DNA of 64,000 nucleotides from Gnetum montanum (Eukaryota > Plantae > Gnetophyta): assembly GCA_015680685.1 (NCBI GenBank), contig MNCI01002813.1:1566287-1630286 (forward strand), in the 5' to 3' direction. Position numbers and translations under genes: made by a program. This document shows, piece by piece, positions 63,601-64,000 of this stretch; within the stretch, counting starts at the first letter, position 1; every line of letters begins with the position of its first letter. The notes under the pieces are model-generated. The model ran no database searches and was not told where the DNA came from. It saw nothing but the letters and a program-made list of their open reading frames with translations.

Positions 63601-64000
63601 ACAATATTATCCAAGTAGAGTGCCACCTCAACCTTAAGAACAATATAAGTAATGGAAAAATCCACAGTCATGGGAAATGCCACCACCTAGATAGTAGTAC
63701 CCTTATCAATAGCTGGATCCCTATGGATACTATGTCCAGTAGCTTGTATCTCCTTGTGGCTCTACAAGTTACAATTCTTTGAATTATCACTACTACCCTC
63801 CAGAATATCATTGAAACCATACTCCAAGGCCTAATGGTCCCTATACTCATCCTTCTCCTTATCCATCATCTAATAATGCACCATCCAATACAACTCCTTT
63901 ATCTCCTATTTCATCTATGCAGGGTGAGATTCCATTGTAGCCACAATAAAGAAATGTAAAAAGGGTAGTTAACCTTTAGCTCGATAGCCATTCGAGTGGT
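60620..64000 (+). mobile_element. Athila-like element 4: LTR (to 61497), PBS and decayed gag running off the window
   Basis: The LTR ends gtatggttgggtgtaggg...ctgctcatca like 49799. PBS ttggtgtcattgcttagga. gag motifs HLQAFHDAY and MLELFNDKYQ. The LTR start is approximate. Confidence 0.85.

Overview
Eukaryotic, AT-rich land-plant nuclear DNA that is mostly nested, decayed transposable elements, with many C>T/G>A-derived stops. Two host genes lie on the minus strand. (1) A complete PP2A B' (B56) regulatory subunit gene of 500 aa; its coding exons (32599-31472 and 10404-10030) are separated by a 21,067-bp TE-filled intron. (2) The first coding exon of a PORR-domain, LEFKOTHEA-like gene (6953-6483), whose next exon appears to lie outside the window. 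TEs include Ty1/copia, CRM-like and Athila-like Ty3/gypsy elements (one full length, with LTRs, TSD, PBS and PPT), L1 and RTE LINEs, and three tRNA-derived SINE families, several with readable TSDs. The most notable observations are: an L1 LINE carrying an extra 3' ORF (coiled-coil plus a degenerate DnaJ/J-domain-like region), with a second divergent copy about 2.5 kb away; a decayed Merlin/IS1595-like transposase, unusual for a land plant; and a SINE that shares its 3' tail with the local RTE LINE. All family assignments come from manual translation and remembered motifs; no database searches were run.
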